A stretch of 62,641 nt of DNA, filler included. It is 7 parts of 7 records of this genome, joined end to end, with 100 filler letters (N's around TTAATTAATTAA, not from the genome) between each part and the next. Parts side by side here need not be neighbours in the genome. Positions count along the whole stretch, not along the records: positions 33,029 to 42,790 come from SRR31156797_4438; positions 42,891 to 48,748 come from SRR31156797_4460; 5 more parts are not named here. The stretch is one strand, 5' to 3'. Shown here in pieces: positions 37,786 to 47,951 of this stretch. The stretch's first letter is position 1. Every line of letters starts with the position of its first letter. Below the pieces are notes generated by a model, which was not told the origin of the DNA, ran no database searches, and saw only the letters and a program-made list of their open reading frames with translations. The translations under genes were made by a program, and so were the position numbers.

Positions 37786-38634
37786 TTATTCTCCTGCCAT
37801 GGCGCGAAGCCGGGCAATACGATCTTCAATGGGAGGATGCGTCGCGAACAGGGACATGGTCCGTCTGCCCGAAAAAGGATTGACGATAAACATGTTTTCC
37901 GTGGCCGGGCTGCCCTGAAGCGGCACCTGTCGAGAAGCTGCATCAAGCTTTGCCAATGCCCCGGCGAGATGCAGAGGATTCTGTGCAAGTCGCGCTCCGG
38001 TTGAATCAGCCAAATATTCACGGGAACGGGAAATAGCCATCTGAATCAATCCGGCCGCCACAGGCGCAAGAAAGGCCATGGCCAATGCCGCGAGAGGACT
38101 GCCGCCTTCATCGTCATCACTGGAAAACCCACCGAAAATCGCAGTCCATTGCAGCATGTTGGCAATAAAAACAATGGCACCGGCCAACACCGCCGCGATA
38201 GTCTGGATGAGAATATCACGATTTGCGATATGCCCGAGTTCGTGCGCAAGCACACCCTTGAGTTCGTCGGGACTCAGGATGTTGACGATACCGCGAGTGA
38301 CAGCCACCACCGCATTTTCAGGATTACGACCCGTTGCAAAAGCGTTGGGCGAATCCTGAGGAATAAGAAAAATTCGCGGCTTGGGAATACCTGCGGACGC
38401 GGCCATCTCTTCCACAACACGGTGGATATGTGGGGCATCGCCCGGAGACAATTCCTGCGCTTTATACATCTTGAGCACAATCTTGTCTGAATACCAATAG
38501 CTGCCCACATTCATGAGCATGGCAAGGCCAAAGGCCAGAAACAAACCAACGCGGCCCCCCATGGCTCCGCCAAGCATCATCAGCAGGCCGGTGAGCAGGC
38601 CCAGAAGCAAAACTGTCTTTATCTGACTGGTCAT
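37786..38634 (-). CDS. htpX: Zinc metalloprotease HtpX
   Basis: PNAFATGR, HELGH, SRSREYLAD and THPP motifs; ATG 38634 follows GGAGG. Confidence 0.95.
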   Translation of the reverse strand: MTSQIKTVLLLGLLTGLLMMLGGAMGGRVGLFLAFGLAMLMNVGSYWYSDKIVLKMYKAQELSPGDAPHIHRVVEEMAASAGIPKPRIFLIPQDSPNAFATGRNPENAVVAVTRGIVNILSPDELKGVLAHELGHIANRDILIQTIAAVLAGAIVFIANMLQWTAIFGGFSSDDDEGGSPLAALAMAFLAPVAAGLIQMAISRSREYLADSTGARLAQNPLHLAGALAKLDAASRQVPLQGSPATENMFIVNPFSGRRTMSLFATHPPIEDRIARLRAMAGE

Positions 38635-38678
38635 GTCAGCTGTATCCTCCAAAATATTTCAACTTGTTGACTGCCAAT

Positions 38679-38706
38679 AGATAGGAATTCGGGTACAAAG
38701 GTCAAG
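38679..38706 (-). promoter_or_regulatory. Putative RpoH (sigma32) promoter
   Basis: Minus strand CTTG-N17-CCTATCT, upstream of the heat-shock protease genes. Confidence 0.5.
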
Positions 38707-38869
38707 AGAAAGGCAAAGGGAGAACCTCGACCACGAAGCTCTATTGTCACATAATTGAAAGACAATTATTTGCATAACAAGCCGAGAAAACGCATTTATA
38801 ATTTGCCCAAGAGCCAAAATCATTATATTCACATGTTCAATAACCACCCTCTCGCCCGGGAGATAGTTC

Positions 38870-40198
38870 ATGAAAACAAACCAGGACGAAACTGTGATGC
38901 CAAAAAGCACTGAAATTCTGACCGTTGGTCCAGCCAAGATCAAGAATCCAATTAATTTCGGAAGATTCGCCGAAGATGATGAAGCGGTTCTGGTAAACAT
39001 CTCTCGCAGAAATGTAGATGGTTCCAACCGGAGCAAGAAGACACCGGACCATGTTTACTTCGAAGCCGCTGGCCCCCGTGAAAAAATTTATTATGACGCC
39101 AGCAAGACCAAATGTGCCGTCGTCACCTGTGGCGGGCTATGCCCCGGCCTGAACGACGTTATCAGGGCTATCGTCATGACCGCCCACCACGAATACAAGG
39201 TAACATCGGTCTTCGGCATCCAGTACGGTCTGGCCGGTTTCGTCCCGGAACAAGGCTATGACGTAATTGAACTAACCCCGGAATATGTCAGCCGTATCCA
39301 CGAATTCGGTGGGACCGTGCTTGGCAGTTCCCGAGGACCTCAGGAACCAGAAGCCATTGTTGACGCGCTGGAACGCATGAATGTCGGAATTCTGTTTATG
39401 ATCGGCGGTGACGGAACCATGCGCGCCGCCTCCAAGGTCGTAAAGGAAATCTCTCATCGAGGCCTTTCCATATCAGTAATAGGACTGCCAAAGACCATTG
39501 ATAACGATATTAATTATGCCTCGCCATCATTCGGCTTCGACACCTCTGTGGAAACTGCGGCCATGGCCATCAAAGGCGCACACGTGGAAGCAACAGGCGC
39601 ACCTTGGGGGATTGGTCTGGTCAAAGTCATGGGACGGGATGCCGGTTACATTGCAGCACAAAGTGCACTCTCCTGTCAGGAGGTCAATTTCTGTCTCATT
39701 CCCGAAGATCCGTTCGACATTCATGGTGAAAACGGATTTCTGGCCGCGTTGGACAAGCGAATGAAAAAAAGTGGTGATGCCGTCATCGTGGTGGCCGAAG
39801 GTGCCGGACAGGAGCTCCTCGATCAATCCAACCAAAAAGACGCTTCTGGCAACATCCAACTGAGTGACATCGCCTCTTTGCTTAAGAAAGAAATCATTGA
39901 ATACTTCAAAGATCAAGGAATCGATCCGACCCTAAAATATATCGACCCGAGTTATATCATCCGTTCAGTCCCGGCCAATGCCAACGACCGTATCTACTGC
40001 TCATTCCTCGGCATCAACGCTGTTCACGCCGGTATGACCGGACGTACGGGAATGGTCATCTCCCGCTGGAACGGACGATACGTCCACATTCCCATCGAAT
40101 TGGTGACCAAAGGCAAAAAGCGTATTAACGTGCAGTCAAACTACTGGCGGGCAGTGCTTGAATCCACAGGGCAACCGACGAGCCTGAAGAGCACATAG
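38870..40198 (+). CDS. pfkA: ATP-dependent 6-phosphofructokinase (clade X type)
   Basis: GGLCPGLN, GGDG, PKTIDND, MGR and YIDPSY motifs. Confidence 0.93.
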   Translation: MKTNQDETVMPKSTEILTVGPAKIKNPINFGRFAEDDEAVLVNISRRNVDGSNRSKKTPDHVYFEAAGPREKIYYDASKTKCAVVTCGGLCPGLNDVIRAIVMTAHHEYKVTSVFGIQYGLAGFVPEQGYDVIELTPEYVSRIHEFGGTVLGSSRGPQEPEAIVDALERMNVGILFMIGGDGTMRAASKVVKEISHRGLSISVIGLPKTIDNDINYASPSFGFDTSVETAAMAIKGAHVEATGAPWGIGLVKVMGRDAGYIAAQSALSCQEVNFCLIPEDPFDIHGENGFLAALDKRMKKSGDAVIVVAEGAGQELLDQSNQKDASGNIQLSDIASLLKKEIIEYFKDQGIDPTLKYIDPSYIIRSVPANANDRIYCSFLGINAVHAGMTGRTGMVISRWNGRYVHIPIELVTKGKKRINVQSNYWRAVLESTGQPTSLKST

Positions 40199-40314
40199 TC
40201 GTTCATAGAAGTGATAATTATTGTTGATAAAGAAAAAGGATAGGTATAGGGTCCTCAGAATCTTGAATAAATTTTTGGTAAAAGTTTACGAGCAATATCC
40301 GCAAGGGGGTTTGT

Positions 40315-41628
40315 ATGGATGTGCTGATGCTTTCACGGCTGCAATTTGCTGCGGCCACCATGTTTCACTTCATCTTCGTCCCACTGACCTTGGGACTATC
40401 GGTCCTCATCGCGTTCATGGAAACAAGGTATGTCCAGACCGGCGATGAAGTGTATCGAAAAATGGCAAAATTCTGGGGGAAAATTTTCCTGGTCAACTTT
40501 GCCCTCGGTGTTGTCACCGGTATCACGCTGGAATTTCAGTTCGGTACCAACTGGTCAAGATACTCCGCCTATGTAGGCGACATCTTCGGTTCGCTGCTCG
40601 CCATTGAAGCGACAGCCGCATTTTTCCTTGAATCTACCTTTATCGGTGTCTGGCATTTCGGTTGGGAAAAGCTCTCACCCAAGGCTCACGCCACCGTGGC
40701 ATGGCTGGTGGCCGGTGCTTCCAACCTGTCCGCCATCTGGATTCTCATTGCCAACGGCTTCATGCAAGACCCGACCGGTTTTGTCCTCCGTAACGGTCGC
40801 GCTGAGCTGACCGACTTTGTGGCAGTCATCACCAACAAGTGGGCATGGCTGGAATTCTTCCACATGATCCCAGCGGCTTTGTGTCTCGCAGGATTCTTCC
40901 TCATGGGCGTCTCCGCATGGCACCTGATGCGAAAGAGTGAAGTCGATTTCTTCCAGAAATCCTTCAATATCGGTGTCACTGTAGCACTGGTCTTCTCCAT
41001 CGTGGTTGCGGCCGAAGGGCACATCCACGGCAACAACATGTCTCTCAAACAACCCGCCAAGCTGGCTGCCATGGAATCCCATTGGGAAACCCAGACCAAT
41101 GCACCCATGTACTTACTGGTTGTTCCGGGTGAGGATGGCAATCTGGTGGAAGCCCTGCCGATCCCCGGTGCCTTGAGTTTCCTGGCCTACAACGATTTCA
41201 ACGCCGAAGTAAAAGGGCTGAACGACTTCCCCAAGGAAGACCGCCCGCCCGTACTTATCACGTTCCTGGCCTTTAGAACCATGGTCGGCATCGGTACGCT
41301 GATGCCTGCAATTGCCCTGCTCGGTTGGGTCATGCGCAACAAGCTTGATAAGATTCCATTATACCTCAAGGTACTGCCGTACTGCATTCCGCTTCCCTAT
41401 ATCGCCATCTGGGCCGGCTGGACTCTGGCAGAGGTCGGGCGTCAGCCGTGGATCGTCTACGGACTTATGCGCACCTCTGATGCCGTTTCACCAGTCGGAG
41501 CGGGCGAGGTCACATTCTCGTTCGTTCTCATGTGCGCCCTGTATTCCCTGCTTGGTGCAGCCGGTATCTGGCTGATGATTAAGCTTGCCAAGAAGGGTCC
41601 CGAAGACAACAGCCCCATCCAGGTCTAG
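40315..41628 (+). CDS. cydA: Cytochrome bd quinol oxidase subunit I
   Basis: SRLQF...H, EFQFGTNW, QPAKLAAME and EVGRQPW motifs; short Q-loop. Confidence 0.97.
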   Translation: MDVLMLSRLQFAAATMFHFIFVPLTLGLSVLIAFMETRYVQTGDEVYRKMAKFWGKIFLVNFALGVVTGITLEFQFGTNWSRYSAYVGDIFGSLLAIEATAAFFLESTFIGVWHFGWEKLSPKAHATVAWLVAGASNLSAIWILIANGFMQDPTGFVLRNGRAELTDFVAVITNKWAWLEFFHMIPAALCLAGFFLMGVSAWHLMRKSEVDFFQKSFNIGVTVALVFSIVVAAEGHIHGNNMSLKQPAKLAAMESHWETQTNAPMYLLVVPGEDGNLVEALPIPGALSFLAYNDFNAEVKGLNDFPKEDRPPVLITFLAFRTMVGIGTLMPAIALLGWVMRNKLDKIPLYLKVLPYCIPLPYIAIWAGWTLAEVGRQPWIVYGLMRTSDAVSPVGAGEVTFSFVLMCALYSLLGAAGIWLMIKLAKKGPEDNSPIQV

Positions 41629-41658
41629 CCTGAGTGTGCGAATAGAAGGAGTTACTCT

Positions 41659-42708
41659 ATGGAAAATCTGATAGAAATCGGTTCGCTGCACTATTACCTG
41701 GCGATGATCTGGTTCGTCCTCTGGGGTGTGCTTTGGGCCGTCTATTTCATTCTGGACGGCTTTGACCTTGGCGTAGGGACCTTGCTTCCCTTCCTTGCAA
41801 AAGATGAAACTGAAAAAAGGGCCATGCTCAATTCCACAGGCCCATTCTGGGACGGCAACGAAGTCTGGTTGATCGCGGCAGGTGGCGTCACTTTCGCCGC
41901 CTTCCCATACGCCTATGCCCAAATGTTCAGCGGGCTATACACGGCCCTCATGCTGCTCTTGTTCACGCTCATCGTGCGTGGTGTGTCCTTTGAGTTCCGT
42001 TCAAAGGTAGAACATGATGGCTGGAAAAAACTCTGGGACACCGCCCACGCGGTCTGCTCATTCCTTCCTGCCCTGTTGCTCGGCGTGGCTTTTGGCAACA
42101 TCTTCCAAGGGTTGCCACTGGATGCAACCGGGTTCTCCCAGGCCGGGCTGCTCGGTCTGCTCAACCCGTACGGTCTAGCCGGCGGCGTGCTGTTCGTGGT
42201 CATCTTTTTGATGCACGGCGCACTTTGGATGACCATCCGCACCACCGGCGAGTTGCACACCAGAGCCGAGAATCTGGCCGTCAAACTCTGGCCAGTTGAA
42301 GTCGTCCTGACGGTCCTGTTCCTCGCCTTCACTGCCGTGAGTACCAAGTTATTCACTAACTATCTGGTCTACCCGATCCTCTTCGCCATCCTGTTGCTGC
42401 CCGTGGCAGGTCTGGTGCTCATGCGCACCTATCTCGGCGCAAAGAAATACTGGATGGCATGGGGAGCCTCCTGCCTGTACATCGGCGGGACTGCGTTGTT
42501 TGGCGTGGTCGGCATTTTCCCGGCCATTATCCCGTCTAACCCGAATCCGGCCAACAGTCTGACCATTCTGAATTCCTCATCGAGCGAATTGACCCTGATG
42601 ATCATGCTTGGCGTAGCCGTGATTTTTGTCCCGCTGGTCATCGGTTACCAGTTCTGGGCATATAAAATACTTGCAACGCCTATTACGGATGAAGACATCC
42701 ATTACTAG
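41659..42708 (+). CDS. cydB: Cytochrome bd quinol oxidase subunit II
   Basis: LDGFDLGVG, GPFWDGNEVWL and RGVSFEFR motifs. Confidence 0.97.
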   Translation: MENLIEIGSLHYYLAMIWFVLWGVLWAVYFILDGFDLGVGTLLPFLAKDETEKRAMLNSTGPFWDGNEVWLIAAGGVTFAAFPYAYAQMFSGLYTALMLLLFTLIVRGVSFEFRSKVEHDGWKKLWDTAHAVCSFLPALLLGVAFGNIFQGLPLDATGFSQAGLLGLLNPYGLAGGVLFVVIFLMHGALWMTIRTTGELHTRAENLAVKLWPVEVVLTVLFLAFTAVSTKLFTNYLVYPILFAILLLPVAGLVLMRTYLGAKKYWMAWGASCLYIGGTALFGVVGIFPAIIPSNPNPANSLTILNSSSSELTLMIMLGVAVIFVPLVIGYQFWAYKILATPITDEDIHY

Positions 42709-42729
42709 GCCACAAACCTGTTGAAACAT

Positions 42730-42764
42730 AAAGCCCTGCCCAATTAACTGGGCAGGGCTTTTTT
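42730..42764 (+). terminator. Rho-independent terminator after cydB
   Basis: AAAGCCCTGCCCA-ATTAAC-TGGGCAGGGCTTT followed by further Ts. Confidence 0.85.
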
Positions 42765-42790
42765 GTATTCATTGAACCGCCTTCGGCGGA

Positions 42791-42890
42791 NNNNNNNNNN
42801 NNNNNNNNNNNNNNNNNNNNNNNNNNNNNNNNNNTTAATTAATTAANNNNNNNNNNNNNNNNNNNNNNNNNNNNNNNNNNNNNNNNNNNN
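42791..42890. other. Artificial contig-joining spacer
   Basis: N44-TTAATTAATTAA-N44. Confidence 0.99.
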
Positions 42891-42953
42891 TTTGCTTACT
42901 TTCTTTCATCAAGGAAAGAAGAGTAAGTCGGGTTTGGGCGAAGCGCCAATTTT
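42891..42953. repeat. Palindromic intergenic repeat fragment at the contig start
   Basis: CTTACTTTCTTTC...GAAAGAAGAGTAAG hairpin plus a TTGGGCGAAGCGCCAA hairpin. Confidence 0.4.
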
Positions 42954-43075
42954 ATAGAATTACATTGTTTTTGGGAAGTAAACTAATTAAAAAAAGTTAA
43001 GCAAGATTATTTTCCTCCAATATGCAATGGAGGTTATGGAATCGTTGGCGCAGAATTGGAGAATAATTATAAGAA

Positions 43076-43575
43076 ATGAATAGATTTAATCGATTTATAT
43101 TAATTCCTATGAGTTTGTTGATGCTTATGGGATGTCAATATGAAGAGGTATATATGAAAAGAGCATGCCTGAGGATTTTTATTTTGTGGCTAAAATTGAA
43201 GATGAATCATTCATTCTGAATACCTACGAAGATAAGCTAACAAAAACCATTGATTGGGATGTTGATACAACGATAACCTATTACTTATCAGAAAAAGATA
43301 AGAAAAGTATATATCAGATAATGAAAAATATTGATATAAATAGATATCCATCAAATTATGCTCCTATATCTGTTGTTTCTATTAGCCCATCATTTTCTTG
43401 CTACATTAAGTTTACATTAAACGAAGTAGATTATACTATAAACTGGGTTGAGCATACAGAATCGACATGCAAGGATGCAAAAGAATTAAGAAGTTTATTT
43501 TTAAAAATTCAAGATTGCTTTATTAAGGATAAAAGGGTAAATGAATTACCAGAATCCAAACGATATTATTTTTAA
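43076..43575 (+). pseudogene. Lipoprotein gene with a frameshift just after the signal peptide (or an assembly error)
   Basis: ATG 43076 gives MNRFNRFILIPMSLLMLMG-C (lipobox), out of frame by 2 nt with the tracked ORF 43165-43575. The break lies near TATATAT at 43149-43155. Confidence 0.6.
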
Positions 43576-43585
43576 ATAATTAATT

Positions 43586-44194
43586 ATGAAAGGGAGTCAG
43601 ATTGTTAAGTGCGTTTTTATCCTGCTTGTATTGCAGGCTAATATTAATATCGCAAAAGCACAAAAAAATAACAGTGCTTTATTAGTTATTGATTTACAAC
43701 AAAATTTTCTGGATTCCGAATCCAAACTACATATTGATACAACGCACCTGGATGTGTTTCTGGCAAATGTTAACCAGGCCATTGAGCATATGTATAACAA
43801 AGGAGGTACGGTGTTTTATGTAGTGAATGAGTGGGTAAGTCCTATCAAAAATATGGTTACCGGAAATGTATGTAAAAAGGGAGCCGATGGAGTGGGAATA
43901 GATAGCCGTATTAAGCGAATTACCCCCGAGGTATATACCAAATCAAAAGGAAATGCTTTAAGCAATGTTGATTTATTAATGGATTTAAAAGCCAATAAAA
44001 TCAACAATGTATATGTTGTTGGCTTATTTGCCGAAGGATGTGTAAAAGCTACGGTAAAAGGATTGTTGCAGGAGGAGTTTAATACCATTGTGATTGAAGA
44101 TGCTTTGGGATCTAAAAACGAAGAAAAAAGAATGAAAATCGTTGAAGGCTTTATAGAAGATGGGGTGAAAGTGATTCGAGTAAAAGAGTTGTAA
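43586..44194 (+). CDS. Isochorismatase-family cysteine hydrolase with a signal peptide
   Basis: ALLVIDLQ (Asp), YTK (Lys) and GLFAEGCV (Cys); N-terminal signal ending AKA|Q. Confidence 0.85.
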   Translation: MKGSQIVKCVFILLVLQANINIAKAQKNNSALLVIDLQQNFLDSESKLHIDTTHLDVFLANVNQAIEHMYNKGGTVFYVVNEWVSPIKNMVTGNVCKKGADGVGIDSRIKRITPEVYTKSKGNALSNVDLLMDLKANKINNVYVVGLFAEGCVKATVKGLLQEEFNTIVIEDALGSKNEEKRMKIVEGFIEDGVKVIRVKEL

Positions 44195-44235
44195 TCTAAA
44201 TTATCTGTTATAGCAAGCACACCAAAAATATTAAA

Positions 44236-45225
44236 ATGAAGAAAAGAACATTAGGAAAAACAGGATTCGAAATATCAGAAATAGGATTAGGAACATGGCA
44301 AGTTGGAGGTAAGTGGGGAAGTGAGTTTAACCATAGCAATGCTGATGCTATTTTAAATAAAGCAGTAGATAGTGGCGTAAATTTTATTGATACTGCCGAT
44401 GTATATAGTGATGGAGAAAGTGAAAAAGCGGTAGGTCGTTTGGTTCGCACCCGCAACGAAAGGTTGTATATAGCCACCAAGTGCGGGCGTCAGTTTAATC
44501 CGCATATTGATGCCTCATATCAGCCAAAAGCCTTGCGCCAGTTTGTTGAGGATAGCTTGCAACGAATGGAATTGGAGACTTTGGATTTGATACAATTGCA
44601 TTGTCCACCAACTGAAACTTTTTACCGTCCTGATATTTTTGCCTTGTTTGACGAACTGAAAAAGGAAGGTAAAATTCAGCATCTGGGAGTAAGTGTCGAA
44701 AAAGTAGAAGAGGCACTTAAAGCAATGGAATATGATAATGTGTGTTCGGTGCAAATTATTTTTAATATGATGAGGCAACGACCTTCTGAGGAATTTTTTG
44801 CAGAAGCCGCTAAGAAAAATGTAGGTATTATTGCCCGGGTTCCATTGGCAAGTGGACTTTTAACCGGTAAGTTTTCTGCTTCAACGGATTTTGGAAAAGA
44901 TGATCATCGTACGTTTAACAGAAATGGCGAGGCTTTCGATAAAGGAGAAACTTTTTCGGGAGTGGATTATATAAAAGGTCTGGAAGCAGTAGAAGCCATT
45001 AAAAAAGTATTTCCTGAAGATAGCAATTTGGCAGCCATAGCTTTAAGATGGATATTGATGTTTCCAGAGGTGAGTTGTGTAATTCCCGGAGCCTCTCGTC
45101 CGGAGCAAGTAAACTCCAATGTTCTGGCTTCTGAATTACCAGCCTTCTCATCTGAGCAAATGGAACAGGTAAAAAGTATTTATCAGCAACAAATTTGGCC
45201 GCTAATTGCCCAGGAAAAATGGTAG
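44236..45225 (+). CDS. Aldo/keto reductase
   Basis: GLGTW, FIDTADVY, IATK, DLIQLH, PLASGLLTGK and VIPG motifs. Confidence 0.95.
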   Translation: MKKRTLGKTGFEISEIGLGTWQVGGKWGSEFNHSNADAILNKAVDSGVNFIDTADVYSDGESEKAVGRLVRTRNERLYIATKCGRQFNPHIDASYQPKALRQFVEDSLQRMELETLDLIQLHCPPTETFYRPDIFALFDELKKEGKIQHLGVSVEKVEEALKAMEYDNVCSVQIIFNMMRQRPSEEFFAEAAKKNVGIIARVPLASGLLTGKFSASTDFGKDDHRTFNRNGEAFDKGETFSGVDYIKGLEAVEAIKKVFPEDSNLAAIALRWILMFPEVSCVIPGASRPEQVNSNVLASELPAFSSEQMEQVKSIYQQQIWPLIAQEKW

Positions 45226-45248
45226 CACATTAATAGTATATGATAAAC

Positions 45249-45298
45249 TATCAGCTTATGTAGCTTGCGAATGCAGCATAAGCTGATACTCTTTTTTT
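45249..45298 (+). terminator. Rho-independent terminator
   Basis: TATCAGCTTATG...CATAAGCTGATA followed by CTCTTTTTTT. Confidence 0.7.
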
Positions 45299-45338
45299 AA
45301 TATATTTACCCTTATAATTTTTAAATAAAACCCTGACC

Positions 45339-46010
45339 ATGTTAAGCAAACTCATTCAAAAAGCAAAAGACGCCTACGAAAAGTCACACCGAACTCACGA
45401 TGTTCCACCTGAGGTATTCCAAGATGAACTGGCACTTAAAATCTCTTGGGAACCAATTAAAAGAGGAGGATCAAATTTCAGAACACATAAAATAAAGGAA
45501 ATAGATACCAATAAATTGGAGTTGGTTCCTTCTGTGGGTTTAAAGATTTTTGTGAATCTATTTTTGGCCATTGGAGTGGGTACTTTAAGTTTCTTTTTGT
45601 TTTTCGTGTATGAAAACAATGGTATACCTGAAATGCCTATGGTGATTATTCCAATTATTGGGCTGGTATTTACGGCAGTGGCTTTGTATATGAAACGCAC
45701 TCAGTTGGCCATCAGAAGGTTTTATAAAACGGAAGGTTATTTTTGGATTGGAAATAAAGGGCCACGACAAGTATATAATCCGCAAACAGAAAAGAATTTT
45801 GTGGCCTTGTCATCCATTCATGCACTTCAGATTTTAAGAGAGCGTGTACATAGTGATAAGCATACTTATAAAAGTTATGAGTTGAATATTGTATGTAAAG
45901 ATAAGCGCAGGGTAAATGTTACCGATCATTCAAATCTGGATGGAATCAGAGATGATGCCAACGTAATTAGTCGATTCCTGGGTGTTCCAATCTGGGATGG
46001 TGTTGAATAA
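45339..46010 (+). CDS. Hypothetical two-TM membrane protein
   Basis: 223-aa ORF; two TMs; GGSNF and SYELNIV motifs. Confidence 0.75.
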   Translation: MLSKLIQKAKDAYEKSHRTHDVPPEVFQDELALKISWEPIKRGGSNFRTHKIKEIDTNKLELVPSVGLKIFVNLFLAIGVGTLSFFLFFVYENNGIPEMPMVIIPIIGLVFTAVALYMKRTQLAIRRFYKTEGYFWIGNKGPRQVYNPQTEKNFVALSSIHALQILRERVHSDKHTYKSYELNIVCKDKRRVNVTDHSNLDGIRDDANVISRFLGVPIWDGVE

Positions 46011-46094
46011 ATAAAATTCGATTTTTTTTCCTGTTTTATCGTATATTGAAGCTAAGGATTAGGAAAGAAGAAAAGGGAATCTGCAATAGAGAAA

Positions 46095-46517
46095 ATGGGA
46101 AATTGTTTTTATAAAATATTACCGGAGAAAAAGTTAATACTTAGGCGTTTTGTAGGGATTCTAACTATGGATGATATTTTTCAGTGTATCAAAAATAGTT
46201 TAACGGATGAAGCTTATGACCCTGAATTTTCTGCCATTTATGATATCAGGGACGTGAATCATAATATTGATAAGAATGCTATTTCTAAGTTTACGAAAGA
46301 TATTTGGGAAACTAAGGAAATTATAAGTAAAAGATCAGTTGTCTTTATTACTGATTCGCCCAGTCAGGTCGTTTTAAGTACTTTACTCCAAACCTTAAGA
46401 CAAACCACCTTTTTTCGTATTGTAACAGTTTCAACAGTAGAAGCAGCAATAAGAACTTTAAATATCCCCAAAGAGGAAATGAGAGAAGTTGAAAATGAAT
46501 TGCGCTCTTTAAAATAA
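46095..46517 (+). CDS. Hypothetical protein (STAS/SpoIIAA-like fold possible)
   Basis: 140 aa; F.G.LT.DD...IYDIR...ST.EAA pattern. Confidence 0.55.
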   Translation: MGNCFYKILPEKKLILRRFVGILTMDDIFQCIKNSLTDEAYDPEFSAIYDIRDVNHNIDKNAISKFTKDIWETKEIISKRSVVFITDSPSQVVLSTLLQTLRQTTFFRIVTVSTVEAAIRTLNIPKEEMREVENELRSLK

Positions 46518-46727
46518 CATTGAACACCGGAATTAAATTTTACTTTTGAGAGTAAACATATGATATATGTTCGATAAACATGTTGTGGTTATGGTGGTGT
46601 TAAGCCCTATTTTACCTATTAGGAAGGAAATAAAGTTATTGGAATCTAATGTTAAGGTGAAATAAAATATTAAGCATTTTCAAAATATTAGTTTTTTTAT
46701 CTTACATCAATTTTAATATAAAACAAC

Positions 46728-47765
46728 ATGCATAAGGCAAGAGGATTATTACTGTTTTTAACTTTTATAATTTGTTCCTGTACAACGTTATTTGATGCAG
46801 TTAATAAAGAGCCAAAGAATTGTTCTCTTGCGGTTAAACAGATAGAAAAACTAGACGAACGAATTCATAATTTCATTAATATAAATAGGGACAAAAGGCT
46901 TAAAGATAGAGTTAATTCAAAAATGCTTTATGCAGAGACGGTTTTCCCTGATTGTCTTGGAGTTTATGTTTATAAATCAAAGAAACTCTTTAAAAGATTG
47001 CCGTACTCAGATAGTTTAATTTCAGAGACTAATAATTATCTTAAAAGGGGATTGGAGTGTCATCCTAATTCAAGTGAGCTGAATTTTATGATGGGTTATT
47101 ATTATAACCTAATAGATTCAGTTGATAAGGCAATTTATTATTATCGTAATAGTTCGGAACTAGGTTATTCTGTTAATAAGGTGGATAGTATCTTATTGAA
47201 AATTGGAAAGAATAAAGATGCGTTTAATAAGTTTCAAAATAATAATGACTCCAGTTATATTTTTGAAATTTACCAAATCCCTTCTCCTGAATCAAATAGA
47301 AAAGTAAAAAATAACCATTATAAAGTTTATGGAAACAAGAGGTTTGAGGTAGGTGCTTACATTGGAGATGAGTATATAAGAACAAATCACATATTACCAG
47401 ATTCAATTTTTATTTTAGTGACAGAAATGCTAAAACAGATAAATTTCTTTGGTCTTGGGGCATATGAGAAGCATAACTATGAAGTAGATTATGAATATGC
47501 ACATCAATGGCATTTGCCATCTTATTTATTATCATTTAGTAATCCTGAAATCACTCATGATATATATGTATATGGATTGGGGACAATTTATGGAAAAGAC
47601 GTTTTAAATGGGCTTAGTAGTATTACTCATATGTCAGAGTTAAATAAACCGAAGGATTCAATAGTGATGAAAAAGTTAAGTCAATTGCAAAGTATTTTAA
47701 ATATTATTTCTGAAGACAATCATAGGAGTGATAAACGTTTAAACAAAAAGACAGACTCTAATTAA
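46728..47765 (+). CDS. Hypothetical lipoprotein with a TPR-like segment
   Basis: Lipobox ICSC; LNFMMGYYY...AIYYYRNS TPR-like repeat. Confidence 0.65.
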   Translation: MHKARGLLLFLTFIICSCTTLFDAVNKEPKNCSLAVKQIEKLDERIHNFININRDKRLKDRVNSKMLYAETVFPDCLGVYVYKSKKLFKRLPYSDSLISETNNYLKRGLECHPNSSELNFMMGYYYNLIDSVDKAIYYYRNSSELGYSVNKVDSILLKIGKNKDAFNKFQNNNDSSYIFEIYQIPSPESNRKVKNNHYKVYGNKRFEVGAYIGDEYIRTNHILPDSIFILVTEMLKQINFFGLGAYEKHNYEVDYEYAHQWHLPSYLLSFSNPEITHDIYVYGLGTIYGKDVLNGLSSITHMSELNKPKDSIVMKKLSQLQSILNIISEDNHRSDKRLNKKTDSN

Positions 47766-47951
47766 ACTTTTTTATTGATTTAAAGATATCTTTCAGGAAA
47801 AAAACAGAGAACAATAATGGCTAATATAGTATGGAGATATTTGCTGTCGAGTCTTCTCTGCGGTTTACATGATATTACAACATAAACACCACGACTTAAT
47901 AGCTCTTTACCGATACATGGTATTAAAAACCATAAACTAACTTACGATTTT

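Noticed and set aside
36581-37918. 445-aa plus-strand ORF
   Set aside because: Antisense shadow of degQ in GC-rich DNA, with no recognisable motifs. The other short antisense or overlapping ORFs in the track were rejected on the same grounds.
40199-40314. Fur/Rex-like operator before cydA, and a cydX gene after cydB
   Set aside because: Only a partial GATAAT match; a terminator follows cydB directly with no small ORF.
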